Source: Candidatus Dojkabacteria bacterium | GTDB taxonomy: Bacteria > Patescibacteriota > Dojkabacteria > B142 > WJKM01 | Direction: 5' to 3' | Length of the DNA stretch: 60,978 nt | Assembly: GCA_014729085.1 (NCBI GenBank) | Contig: WJKM01000017.1 | Span: forward strand, 1-60,978 | Shown: in pieces, positions 27,489-36,434 of the stretch | How the letters are laid out: every line of letters begins with the position of its first letter | Numbering within the stretch: the first letter of the stretch is position 1 | The notes under the pieces: model-generated | What the model saw: only the letters and a program-made list of their open reading frames with translations | Databases searched by the model: none | What the model was told of the DNA's origin: nothing | Program-made: the position numbers and the translations under genes

Positions 27489-27650
27489 TTAACTATGTGG
27501 ATTATATAATAACAATGTATTAATCTGCAATAATTCTAAAGCTTCTGGTAAATTGAGATGCTCTTCTCCCATGTGACTGCGTCGGTAGTTAAGTAGATTG
27601 AACAACCATTTATTCTCATGCAAGAAACTGGAGTAACAAAGGATACTCAT
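27489..27650 (-). CDS. Possible 53-aa small ORF at the head of the minus-strand islet operon
   Basis: Hand translation gives MSILCYSSFLHENKWLFNLLNYRRSHMGEEHLNLPEALELLQINTLLLYNPHS. It ends 18 nt before the 69-aa gene. It is below the ORF-track cutoff. Confidence 0.25.
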   Translation of the reverse strand: MSILCYSSFLHENKWLFNLLNYRRSHMGEEHLNLPEALELLQINTLLLYNPHS

Positions 27651-27731
27651 GCCTTGGTATTTTTTCAATAAACTATTTTGTGATCTACCATCCTAAGTAT
27701 TATCAATATAATGAAAAATTGCACAATATTG

Positions 27732-27744
27732 TGAGTTGGGGGGG
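27732..27744 (-). repeat. Duplicated fragment of the tRNA-Lys 3' end (TGAGTTGGGGGGG), possible att remnant
   Basis: 13/13 identity with 27856-27868 (the tRNA-Lys 3' acceptor and T-stem), located 124 bp away in the same orientation. Confidence 0.5.
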
Positions 27745-27803
27745 TTCCTGAATAGTTTTGTGCTTTCACTCAAACCTTTGAGACAAGCTTCTCGTCCCTT
27801 GGT

Positions 27804-27855
27804 ATAAAAAAATAGGGAAATTTAAAATCAATTTTATTGATATTAAATTTCCCTA
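27804..27855 (-). terminator. Rho-independent terminator downstream of tRNA-Lys
   Basis: A 14-bp perfect inverted repeat, ATAGGGAAATTTAA (27812-27825) with TTAAATTTCCCTAT (27843-27856). On the minus strand it is followed by T7 (A-run at 27805-27811). Confidence 0.75.
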
Positions 27856-27927
27856 TGAGTTGGGGGGGACTCGAACCCCCAACCAATGGCTTAAAAGGCC
27901 ACTGCTCTACCATTGAGCTACCAACCC
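27856..27927 (-). tRNA. tRNA-Lys (anticodon UUU)
   Basis: Hand-folded 72-nt cloverleaf: acceptor GGGTTGG/CCAACTC, anticodon stem GTGGC/GCCAT, loop CTTTTAA, T-arm GGGGG-TTCGAGT-CCCCC. No encoded CCA. Confidence 0.9.
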
Positions 27928-27939
27928 ATCTACAAAATA

Positions 27940-28052
27940 AGCACATAATCCTCGCTACGCTCGGAATTATTTGCCTTCATCCCGTAAAACAGGATTTCGG
28001 CAGCTTGTATGTAATAATGAAAATTTTTAGAAAATTTCCAATTTCCGTAACA
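27940..28052. repeat. 113-bp repeat, copy 2, immediately 5' of tRNA-Lys on the minus strand
   Basis: About 97% identical to 9152-9264. Read on the minus strand it contains TTGGAA-N17-ATTATT upstream of the tRNA. Confidence 0.9.
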
Positions 28053-28158
28053 GAAATTTTACATAAGTTGACAATTTTTAGATTTTGTAACGTTCTGTAT
28101 TTTCAGGTCTCTCGATAGGCTTTTAAACAAGTCGTTAACAATTATACATTAAATAGGC

Positions 28159-28785
28159 TTATTTTGTCTTCTGCTTCAATATTCTTTTTATTGGTTTATA
28201 ACTCATTCTATGGATCGGACAAACGCCTTTTTTCTCTAGGGCTTGTCTGTGTTTTTTAGTACCATAGCCAACATTATTTTCAAAATCATATCCTTTATAT
28301 TTTCTTGACTGCACAATCATCCAATTATCTCTTTCAACTTTGGCTATTACTGAAGCTGCTGCAATAGAATAGACCGATTGATCTCCTTTTTTTATAAAAT
28401 CCACATTATCATTCCACTTTCCTTTGAAATATCCATCAACAAGAAATTTAAGTTTTTTTCCTTGATACTGACTCTCAACTTTTTCAACCAAACTTTTCAA
28501 AGCAATGTTTACTGTCTTACCCAGACCATGTTTATCTATTTCATCGTTTGAATAAGTGTTTACTATATATGGAAAAACTCTTAGTTCTTTATAGATACTC
28601 TTTCTTTTTTGAATTGACAGCAACTTGGAATCATTAACTCCTGAAACTACTAACTGATCGTTTTCATATACATATGCACACATATATAATGGACCGGCCC
28701 AACTTCCTCTTCCAACCTCATCAATCCCAACTACAAGATCGTATCCCTGATCTATGAACTCTAATTCATTATCAATATCTAGCAT
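28159..28785 (-). CDS. rnhB: Ribonuclease HII
   Basis: VGIDEVGRGSWAGPL, DSKLLS and SVIAKVERD motifs. Confidence 0.92.
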   Translation of the reverse strand: MLDIDNELEFIDQGYDLVVGIDEVGRGSWAGPLYMCAYVYENDQLVVSGVNDSKLLSIQKRKSIYKELRVFPYIVNTYSNDEIDKHGLGKTVNIALKSLVEKVESQYQGKKLKFLVDGYFKGKWNDNVDFIKKGDQSVYSIAAASVIAKVERDNWMIVQSRKYKGYDFENNVGYGTKKHRQALEKKGVCPIHRMSYKPIKRILKQKTK

Positions 28786-28797
28786 ATAGTATTTGTT

Positions 28798-29154
28798 TTA
28801 GTATGAATTCATGAAGTCTGGTGGATTTTCGGCCCAATATACTCCAAGAAGTCCATTACCAATTGTTAATAATATTCCAATAATTGAAAGTACCAATCCA
28901 ATTATAGCCATAGTTTTGTATTTCTTTGACTTCATACCCAGTACACCTAAAATGATTCCAACAATTGACAAAGGACAGCCACACAACGGCAAAAACCAGG
29001 AACATAAATTAATTACTCCAAGTACAATCGAACCAATTCCAAAATAATCCTGGGTTTCCATCTCTTTCTTCCCAGAAGTACTTGATTGACTCTTAACTTC
29101 AACAACATCATCTGGTTCCTGTGCTTTTGTTGTTGTTTGAGCGTCTTGTGACAT
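28798..29154 (-). CDS. Small membrane protein (DUF4190-like)
   Basis: Two or three TM helices with G/I/L-rich repeats (IVGIILGVLG, IIGLVLSIIGILL) after a polar N-terminus. Confidence 0.7.
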   Translation of the reverse strand: MSQDAQTTTKAQEPDDVVEVKSQSSTSGKKEMETQDYFGIGSIVLGVINLCSWFLPLCGCPLSIVGIILGVLGMKSKKYKTMAIIGLVLSIIGILLTIGNGLLGVYWAENPPDFMNSY

Positions 29155-29300
29155 AATGAATTAATAATATTTAAAATAACATATTTGAGTATATCCAAAA
29201 TTTAATTCTATGTATAGAACTTTATTTTGAAATTATTGCCAAAAATACAAAAAGACCTAAACAACTTAGTTTAGGACTTTTAGAATAAAGTAAAAACTTC

Positions 29301-29906
29301 TTATTCCTTTTCTTCTTTTTCTTCTTCTGACTTATCCTCTTTCTTATCTTCCGTCTCATCCTCTTTTTTTTCTTGAGTATCCCCTTCCTTTTTTTCGGTT
29401 TCTTTAGTTCCTTTGTTCTCTTTCTTTGTATCTTCTTTCTTTTCACTATCTTCACCTTCAGGTTGTTCTTGTTGAGAATCTTCTTTTTCTTGCTTTTCAG
29501 TGTCTGGATCGCTCTGTTCTTCTTCATAATATATAATATCCTCTACTTCTTTTCCGCTTTCCCCCACTTTCATAGCCTTTTTACCAATTCTTCCACGCAT
29601 ATAATATATTTTTGATTTTTTAACTTTTCCTTTCTTTAAAATTTCCACTTTTTCAACATTTGGAGAATGTACAGGAAATATTTTTTCCACTCCAACTCCT
29701 TGTGAGATTTTTCGTACAGTTATTGTCTTTCTTACACCTGAACCTTTTTGAGAAATAATCAAACCTCGGTACGACTGACTTCTTCGTTTTTCCCCCTTGT
29801 CATCCCTAATTGCTGATGTAACTTTAACAGTATCTCCTACTTCGAAATTTGGGAGACTCTTTTTCATGTACTCTTTTTCTACTTTTTCATAAATATTTGT
29901 ATCCAT
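29301..29906 (-). CDS. rplS: 50S ribosomal protein L19 with a long acidic/lysine-rich C-terminal extension
   Basis: The L19 core is LPNFEVGDTVKV...RRSQSYRGLIISQKGSG...TVRKIS.GVGVEKIFPVHSP...YYMRGR. The start is taken at the Met of MDTNIYEK; the maximal ORF starts at 29963. Confidence 0.9.
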   Translation of the reverse strand: MDTNIYEKVEKEYMKKSLPNFEVGDTVKVTSAIRDDKGEKRRSQSYRGLIISQKGSGVRKTITVRKISQGVGVEKIFPVHSPNVEKVEILKKGKVKKSKIYYMRGRIGKKAMKVGESGKEVEDIIYYEEEQSDPDTEKQEKEDSQQEQPEGEDSEKKEDTKKENKGTKETEKKEGDTQEKKEDETEDKKEDKSEEEKEEKE

Positions 29907-29980
29907 AATATTTCCAATTAATAAAAACTTAATGATTTTACCATTCAGAAGATAAAGACACAAGATTTATTTAAATCTAT

Positions 29981-30298
29981 CTAAAGGTCTAAATTGCTCT
30001 TGTTTGCTATTACCTTTATCTCTCTCAATTCTTTTCTGATATCTCTTAATGCTATTTCTATAGCTCTAAGTCGAGCTGAAACTTTATACGTTTTGGGATC
30101 TGAACCAATAAAATATGATACAGGCTTTTTTAATAAATCGGCAATTTTCTGAAGTTTGTTGATTGGAGGACTTATTCTACCGGATTCATATCCACTTATT
30201 GTTTTATCAGACACTCCTAGAGCAACAGCAACTTGAAGCTGAGAAAGACCAGCCTCTCCCCTTGCCTCTTTTAATCTCCGTCCTAATGATTTAGTCAT
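29981..30298 (-). CDS. XRE-family helix-turn-helix transcriptional regulator
   Basis: LGRRLKEARGEAGLSQLQVAVALGVSDKTISGYESGR is an HTH_3 pattern. Confidence 0.85.
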   Translation of the reverse strand: MTKSLGRRLKEARGEAGLSQLQVAVALGVSDKTISGYESGRISPPINKLQKIADLLKKPVSYFIGSDPKTYKVSARLRAIEIALRDIRKELREIKVIANKSNLDL

Positions 30299-30335
30299 AT
30301 TATTTCACGAACTTAATATATAAAAAATTTATAAA

Positions 30336-31559
30336 TCAATTTGAGAATAAATTATACAATATCATAGCCACATACTTTGAAAATATTTCCTGTTTTTCTA
30401 TCGGTATAAATTCATTTGGAGCATGCAACACTTCTTCCTGACCATCAAAAACTCCACAAACCAGTACTTCCGCACCTGTAGTTTGTGCAATATGCTTCGC
30501 TACTGTCTCTCCTCTAATAGTCTTCAATTGTTGTTTTTGCAAATTCAAATCTTTTGAAGCTGAAAAACAAGCTTTAATTAATGGATTGCTTTTCTCCCCT
30601 AAATAAGGATGGCTTAGATTTCTACGTTCATACTTAATTTTAACCTTTGGATATTTTTCATTGGTTTTATTCAGGATATTTTTTACAATATCCTCAATTT
30701 GTTCATCTCTGACACCTAAAGGATATCTCCACATGGCAACCATTCTTGCCCTGTCAGGCACAGTGTTGCTGGCGGTTCCACCTGATATTTTTCCAACATT
30801 TATTACCGTGTGATCAAATTCCTTTGAACCTTTTAGACTATTCCAATCAAATTGATATAACTGTTCTGCAAGATTTGCAATCGGAATTATAGCATTTATT
30901 CCTTTTTCTGGTACGGAACCATGATAAGCTTTTCCAGTTGAATAAAACTCTAATGTATATATCCCCATTTCTCCAAAAACTAAATTTGAGAAGGATCCAC
31001 TATCCGGGATTAAAGCATAATCGCAATCTAGATCAATATCATCAAATAAATACTTAATTCCTTTTTCACTTCCTACTTCCTCATCTGCAGCAGCAATTAA
31101 CATAATTGTTCCGTCAAATTGATTTTCCGTTATTTGAGTAAATACTCTAACTCCTTCCAAAACACATGCAAAAGGACCTTTATTGTCGGCTGCTCCCCTT
31201 GCAAATATTTTCCCATCCTTAACAACAGGCTCAAATGGTTTTGTTTTCCAATCCTGGCCTTCTACTGGAACCACATCTGTGTGGCCAACTAAGGCTATTG
31301 TTTTAGATAAACTTTTACTTCCCGACATATTCTTTCCTCTAATACTTGCAACCAGATTTACCCTATTTTTTTCTTTTTCATACTTCTCAAATGAATCAAC
31401 CCCAATAATATCAAAATAATTTTCAATTATTGGAGCACATAATTCTTCATTGCCAGGCGGATTTACGGTATTTTGTTTACACAAATCTATTGTTAAATCC
31501 TTAATATTATTTTTATTAACTTCTTGATTAATTTTTGCAAGAAAAGCTTTTTTGTTCAT
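30336..31559 (-). CDS. M20 family metallopeptidase (ArgE/DapE-like)
   Basis: GHTDVVP, RGAADNKG and ADEEVGS metal-ligand motifs. Confidence 0.88.
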   Translation of the reverse strand: MNKKAFLAKINQEVNKNNIKDLTIDLCKQNTVNPPGNEELCAPIIENYFDIIGVDSFEKYEKEKNRVNLVASIRGKNMSGSKSLSKTIALVGHTDVVPVEGQDWKTKPFEPVVKDGKIFARGAADNKGPFACVLEGVRVFTQITENQFDGTIMLIAAADEEVGSEKGIKYLFDDIDLDCDYALIPDSGSFSNLVFGEMGIYTLEFYSTGKAYHGSVPEKGINAIIPIANLAEQLYQFDWNSLKGSKEFDHTVINVGKISGGTASNTVPDRARMVAMWRYPLGVRDEQIEDIVKNILNKTNEKYPKVKIKYERRNLSHPYLGEKSNPLIKACFSASKDLNLQKQQLKTIRGETVAKHIAQTTGAEVLVCGVFDGQEEVLHAPNEFIPIEKQEIFSKYVAMILYNLFSN

Positions 31560-31585
31560 ATATTTATTAACTGATTTATACTAAT

Positions 31586-32368
31586 TTACCACCTATAATG
31601 ACCTACTATTTCCCCAAACCAATTATCGTCCTCTACTGTCCCTATACCCCAATTGTGAATTAAAAAAGGAATTCCTCTATTATTACGTTTATTTGAAATA
31701 ATTGCAATATGATCTGCTGGACCTTTACCATCTAATTTGAAAATAACAATATCCCCGGGTTGCCATTCTGATATACTTTCAAAATTACATTCTTCAATTT
31801 CTATAGTTAAATTATTAGCATACTTTTTTAAATATGCTTCAATGTTTGGAACTCTGCGAAAATCAATATTTTTGTCTACTTGATTCGTATTCCATATGTG
31901 TAAAGGATAATCCGAAACTTCCAATTTCATATCACTATATAGAATTTCCTGAAAATCAAAGCCTGCTCCCTCCATAGCTCTCCAAAATAAATCTGTACAA
32001 ACACCTTCGCTCTCAAGAGGCTTACCTTCATTTTCAGAATAATATGCATCAATATATGTTACATCTGCACTGGTTCGTTCTCTGGCGCTTTCCATAATAT
32101 CTATTTGATTATCTATACCATCATTATCTTCATCATTCCCGCTCAAGTATTGAGGAACTTCTCTTGTCAAACATCCGCGTTCTACTTGTTCAAACGCCTG
32201 TATGAAGAAAGTAGTATCTTCTTGATCTGTATTTAAAAACAGAACAAAATATGAGATCCCTATTCCTGATATTAATATACAAGAGATAAAAAATATTTTT
32301 AAAAACTCCTTACTCTTTTCCTTATTCTTATATTGGTTCTTTTTGCTGAATAATACCTGGTAATTCAT
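31586..32368 (-). CDS. DUF1287-like protein with an N-terminal membrane anchor
   Basis: GVCTDLFWRAMEGAGFD...NIDFRRVPNIEAY...PGDIVIF...DHIAIIS matches the DUF1287 pattern from memory. Confidence 0.7.
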   Translation of the reverse strand: MNYQVLFSKKNQYKNKEKSKEFLKIFFISCILISGIGISYFVLFLNTDQEDTTFFIQAFEQVERGCLTREVPQYLSGNDEDNDGIDNQIDIMESARERTSADVTYIDAYYSENEGKPLESEGVCTDLFWRAMEGAGFDFQEILYSDMKLEVSDYPLHIWNTNQVDKNIDFRRVPNIEAYLKKYANNLTIEIEECNFESISEWQPGDIVIFKLDGKGPADHIAIISNKRNNRGIPFLIHNWGIGTVEDDNWFGEIVGHYRW

Positions 32369-32382
32369 AGGAGGAGGGTAGA

Positions 32383-33078
32383 TTAGCTAAATTCTGACAT
32401 TTCTTCTATGACACTATATATATCATTAAATTGAAATCCTTTTCTTGCTAAATATTGGATTAATTTCATTTTTTTCTTTTTATTCGATAATTGCTTGTGT
32501 TCTAGTAGCCTTAACTTTTTATTCACTAATTTCTTAATTAACTCATTTTCCTGGATATTGCTTTGTTCGAGTGCTTTTCTTATTATTTTTGAATTCACTC
32601 TCTTTTTAATTAAAAATTGTTTAATCTCATTTCTACTTTTCTTTTTCTTTTTTGATTCTATTACAGATTCTGCAAATTTCAAATCATCAAGCAATTCGCT
32701 CTCTGACAACTCTCTTATTATATTTTTCACAATTTCTTCTTGTTGCTGATCTGATACTTCTTTTCTTTCTTCTCTTTCCAGCTTATAAAACTTATTATCC
32801 AAATACTGTCTAATTTCCTTTATCGAATGACGACGTCTGGATATTTTTCTCAAACATTTATTGTATAAACTTCTTTCAACATCCCTTAAATGAATTTCCT
32901 TCTTTTCTTCATCAGATAAAACTTTGCCTAAATAAAGATCGAACTCAATAATAAGGTGTTTTTCAACTGAAAAGTCATACTCTCCGTTTAAATAAACATG
33001 CACCCTCTGCCTATTTTTAGAAGGAACTAGTTTAGTAATTTTCTTGCTTTTCCCCATGAATTTATTTTTTTTCTTCAC
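32383..33078 (-). CDS. recX: RecX-like regulatory protein
   Basis: N-terminal V.VYLNGEY.F.V......F.L..G..LS..E plus three-helix-repeat-like K/E-rich segments. Assignment is tentative. Confidence 0.5.
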   Translation of the reverse strand: MKKKNKFMGKSKKITKLVPSKNRQRVHVYLNGEYDFSVEKHLIIEFDLYLGKVLSDEEKKEIHLRDVERSLYNKCLRKISRRRHSIKEIRQYLDNKFYKLEREERKEVSDQQQEEIVKNIIRELSESELLDDLKFAESVIESKKKKKSRNEIKQFLIKKRVNSKIIRKALEQSNIQENELIKKLVNKKLRLLEHKQLSNKKKKMKLIQYLARKGFQFNDIYSVIEEMSEFS

Positions 33079-34063
33079 TAAACATTATTTCCGGAAGAAG
33101 ATACATTTTAAGCGTTGCTCTACTTTCTGGACTCAATTGCTTTGCCAATAAATCTAATTTACCTGAAAAAGCATTCCAACCTATCAATTCCATTCTATGA
33201 AAATCCACGATATGCGGTGAGTCTATGCCCTTCTCTGATTTAAGGTATTCAATTGCTTCCTCAAATCCACCATAAGCATCAGCTAAATTATTCTTTACGG
33301 CTACTCGTCCGTCTATCAGGCGACCATCAGCATATGGTCTAAGTTCTGATCGCGTAATTTCCCTACCCTCCAAAATTAATTGTATAAAAGCCTCATATTC
33401 ATTATCTAGTAAATCTTCAAACAATTTATATTGTTCACTTTCCTTGTTCTCTAACTCATCTGGGACTTTATTCACAGATTCCCTATTTGTGATGATAATT
33501 TCTTCAAGACCAATTTTGTTAAATAACTCTTCGTACTCAATTGTCTGGAATAATACGCCAATACTACCTGTTATACTTTCAGGTTGTATTAAAATATAAT
33601 CTGTCGGAGCTGCTATCCAATATCCTCCTGAAGCTGCCATTTCTTCAATAACTGAAACTACTACTTTATCTTGTGCCTGCGCTTCTTTTATCTTATCGGA
33701 AATTCTTGCAGAATCATATACACCACCTCCGGGTGTATTCAATACTAATACAGCTGCTTTGTAATTCTCATTTTCAATAACCTCATCCAATGCATCAATA
33801 ACATATTGGGTAAGGCTTGTTTGATATACTCCATCATCAATATCAAGAATAATACCTTCTATATAAATCACCGCAACCTTTTCATCCTGTTTTCCTGTTG
33901 CTCTTATGCTATTCATGTACCCTTTTTCTTGATATACTCCTCCCGCACTCATAATTGCTAACGAAAAAACACTTACGCAAACACATATGACAATTATTAG
34001 TATAATCGATACTGCACAACCGAGGATTCCAAAAGAAGACCAGAAACTTTTTTTATTATTCAT
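33062..34063 (-). CDS. sppA: Signal peptide peptidase SppA (S49, 36K type)
   Basis: N-terminal TM, LNTPGGGVYDS and MAASGGYWIA (catalytic Ser region). Confidence 0.85.
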   Translation of the reverse strand: MNNKKSFWSSFGILGCAVSIILIIVICVCVSVFSLAIMSAGGVYQEKGYMNSIRATGKQDEKVAVIYIEGIILDIDDGVYQTSLTQYVIDALDEVIENENYKAAVLVLNTPGGGVYDSARISDKIKEAQAQDKVVVSVIEEMAASGGYWIAAPTDYILIQPESITGSIGVLFQTIEYEELFNKIGLEEIIITNRESVNKVPDELENKESEQYKLFEDLLDNEYEAFIQLILEGREITRSELRPYADGRLIDGRVAVKNNLADAYGGFEEAIEYLKSEKGIDSPHIVDFHRMELIGWNAFSGKLDLLAKQLSPESRATLKMYLLPEIMFSEEKK

Positions 34064-34114
34064 TGAATTATTACTAAGATATTAATATATGAGATAATAC
34101 ATGTATTTAAAGAT

Positions 34115-35203
34115 TTGACTTCTATGTTTTTTAGACCATTATATTTTAACAAACCAAAATCATATATAACATCTCTTGGGAATTATTTCTTTGTGATATA
34201 CATTGCAACAATAATTCTAATTTTCAAATTGTATCATGTCCAGAATATATCTCCTAATGTCTTAGGAAAAAATACAACTAAAAATGATTACAAAAAAATT
34301 GCTTCTGATCAAGAACCTCCAACTATTAGTACGAATAAAATTAATGTAACTACAGAAGATAAATCAGAGATAATATATCTTACCTCAAACGAAAAATTAA
34401 AATACTACCAACTCTCAGAAGAGTTCAAAATTAATTTCCAAGGTAAAACCCAACAAGGCAACTACTTATACTCCTTGTCCATTCCCTCATCCCATACTGC
34501 ATCGGCCTATAAGCTCCTGTTTTTTGATGAAGTAGGGAATAAAAAAGATTTATTTTTGTTTGCTAACATTAATAAATTAATACTGCCGGATAACCTTGAT
34601 TCATGTCAAACGATCAATTATCAATCCATGAATTTATATACTCTTCCAATTGGTAAAATTCATTGTATAGATGAGAATTTTGAAAATATGCTAAAGCTTG
34701 TGGATTTCAAAGATGGAAATCTTACTTATAAAGTAAATCAAATAATAATTGATGATTTACAGAATTTACTGGAAGATGCGAGAAGAGATCAAATAATCAT
34801 TAGTATAAACTCTGCGTACAGAAGCTTAAAACGACAAGATAAACTGCGTGATGATCTTTTAAAATATTATGGCGAAGAAATAGGAGAAAAAATTGTTGCT
34901 ATACCAGGACAAAGTGAACATAATATCGGGACAGCTATTGACTTTACTTCACAAGAATACAATGCAGGTAAAAAATTAAAATTTAAAGATACTTCTGCTT
35001 ACAAATGGTTGCAAGAAAATGCATGGAAATATGGTTTTGTACAGTCTTATCCAGAAAACAAAGAAAAAATTACAGGATTTGAATTTGAAGCCTGGCATTG
35101 GAGGTACGTTGGAAAGCAACATTCGAGCAATATTAGACTTCTTGAAGATATAACTTTGACTGAATATTTATACCTCGTTAATCTTATCGAGGATTCAAAA
35201 TAG
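34115..35203 (+). CDS. D-alanyl-D-alanine carboxypeptidase, VanY/M15B family
   Basis: SAYRSLKRQ, GQSEHNIGTAIDF and EAWHWRYVG motifs, with an N-terminal TM. The maximal ORF has a TTG start at 34115; an alternative ATG is at 34124. Confidence 0.85.
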   Translation: MTSMFFRPLYFNKPKSYITSLGNYFFVIYIATIILIFKLYHVQNISPNVLGKNTTKNDYKKIASDQEPPTISTNKINVTTEDKSEIIYLTSNEKLKYYQLSEEFKINFQGKTQQGNYLYSLSIPSSHTASAYKLLFFDEVGNKKDLFLFANINKLILPDNLDSCQTINYQSMNLYTLPIGKIHCIDENFENMLKLVDFKDGNLTYKVNQIIIDDLQNLLEDARRDQIIISINSAYRSLKRQDKLRDDLLKYYGEEIGEKIVAIPGQSEHNIGTAIDFTSQEYNAGKKLKFKDTSAYKWLQENAWKYGFVQSYPENKEKITGFEFEAWHWRYVGKQHSSNIRLLEDITLTEYLYLVNLIEDSK

Positions 35204-35215
35204 AACGTATTCAGA

Positions 35216-36286
35216 TTATTCTGATTGTGCGTCAAGTGATGTTATAGACTCTATTTTTTCATCTTGCTGACTTTCATCAACTTCGTCTGGCTTTTCCTCT
35301 TCTTCAACAACCTCAACATTCTCATATTCTGATTTATTGGTCTCAGTATCCCTCATTTTGTTTGCAAGTATAACCGCTAAAGCACCAAGTAGCAATCCAC
35401 CTCCCATATAAGTGCTATTTGGAGTATCTTCATAAGAGCGACTCTCCAAGGAGAAACCTGTATTATCGTATATGATCTCTTTTTCAAGATTGCCCTGTTC
35501 ATTTTCTATAAATAGTCTTACAATACCATCATCAAGTGCTCGCAAATCAACCGAAAAAGGCAAGTTTTGTAGGCCACCCCCCTCAACATATTCATCACTT
35601 CCAATTATTCCATTGCTGTCTATGTCTTCAAACCTTGAATTTTGACCATTAATATTTACATAAACACTCTCTTCATCTCCTTCATACCATACTTGAGCTT
35701 CAGAAAAGTTTACTAGGTTACCATCTTGATCTAAATATATATATGGGCCATTATCATTTTCGTAAAAATAAAAGCCTTCACTGTAAATTGAAGAAGGGAA
35801 AAAATATCCAAAACCATCTACTCTTCCGTCACTTCCCAAATCAATATCGAAAGATTCTAACAGATTATCGGAGTCTTGATCTTTGTAAATCCAAGTACGG
35901 TCGGATAAAACAACCCTGATTTCTTCAACTGAAAAATCGTCATCATTGCTTATATACCACTGATCAATATCTTCCTCATCATATTCTGTCTCCCAATCTT
36001 CAATACTGGTTTCTCCAAAATCAATTCCTATCCTATATCCATCATCCGTATGAAATAGATACAAAGCGGATTTACTATCCCCCTCACTTCCATCCAGGTC
36101 AGGGTTGGTCATTAAATATGCCCAACCTGGATTATCATTATCTATCTCGAGAGTATCCAGACCTTCAATTTGAATATCATTTGACAAACATGGAGTTTGA
36201 TAATCTGCATTTGCATGTTCAAGTCCAATACGAATATCTCCTCCTGAGATGGTATATTCATCTAATGGTTGAGGTTCGTTTTCCAT
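35216..36286 (-). CDS. Very acidic hypothetical protein with a single C-terminal TM and an acidic tail
   Basis: No signal peptide. D-x-[DN]-G motifs (DQDGNLV, DSNGIIGSDEY, GSDGRVDG). TM segment GGGLLLGALAVILA near the C-terminus. Confidence 0.7.
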   Translation of the reverse strand: MENEPQPLDEYTISGGDIRIGLEHANADYQTPCLSNDIQIEGLDTLEIDNDNPGWAYLMTNPDLDGSEGDSKSALYLFHTDDGYRIGIDFGETSIEDWETEYDEEDIDQWYISNDDDFSVEEIRVVLSDRTWIYKDQDSDNLLESFDIDLGSDGRVDGFGYFFPSSIYSEGFYFYENDNGPYIYLDQDGNLVNFSEAQVWYEGDEESVYVNINGQNSRFEDIDSNGIIGSDEYVEGGGLQNLPFSVDLRALDDGIVRLFIENEQGNLEKEIIYDNTGFSLESRSYEDTPNSTYMGGGLLLGALAVILANKMRDTETNKSEYENVEVVEEEEKPDEVDESQQDEKIESITSLDAQSE

Positions 36287-36434
36287 ATAAAAAAATAATA
36301 AATACCAGTATAATTATACTATAAGATTGTCATTTCTTCAATTCAGCTTTGAAATATATCTAAATTGAATTTCCAATTTATAACGCATAATATATAATAT
36401 TGTGAAATTAACTTTGTCTACTTAAAATTAAGAA

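Noticed and set aside
9152-28052. The 113-bp direct repeats as att sites of an 18.7-kb genomic island at tRNA-Lys
   Set aside because: The repeat lies 5' of the tRNA rather than overlapping its 3' end. The enclosed block contains core genes (fmt, lgt, PNP) and has no integrase or mobility genes.
27837-28118. The 93-aa ORF from the track
   Set aside because: It runs antisense through tRNA-Lys and across the 113-bp repeat. It has no coding-like features.
29222-29527. The 101-aa lysine-rich ORF (and 29373-29615 on the plus strand)
   Set aside because: These are alternate frames of the low-complexity E/K-rich extension of rplS. The L19 frame is continuous with a conserved core.
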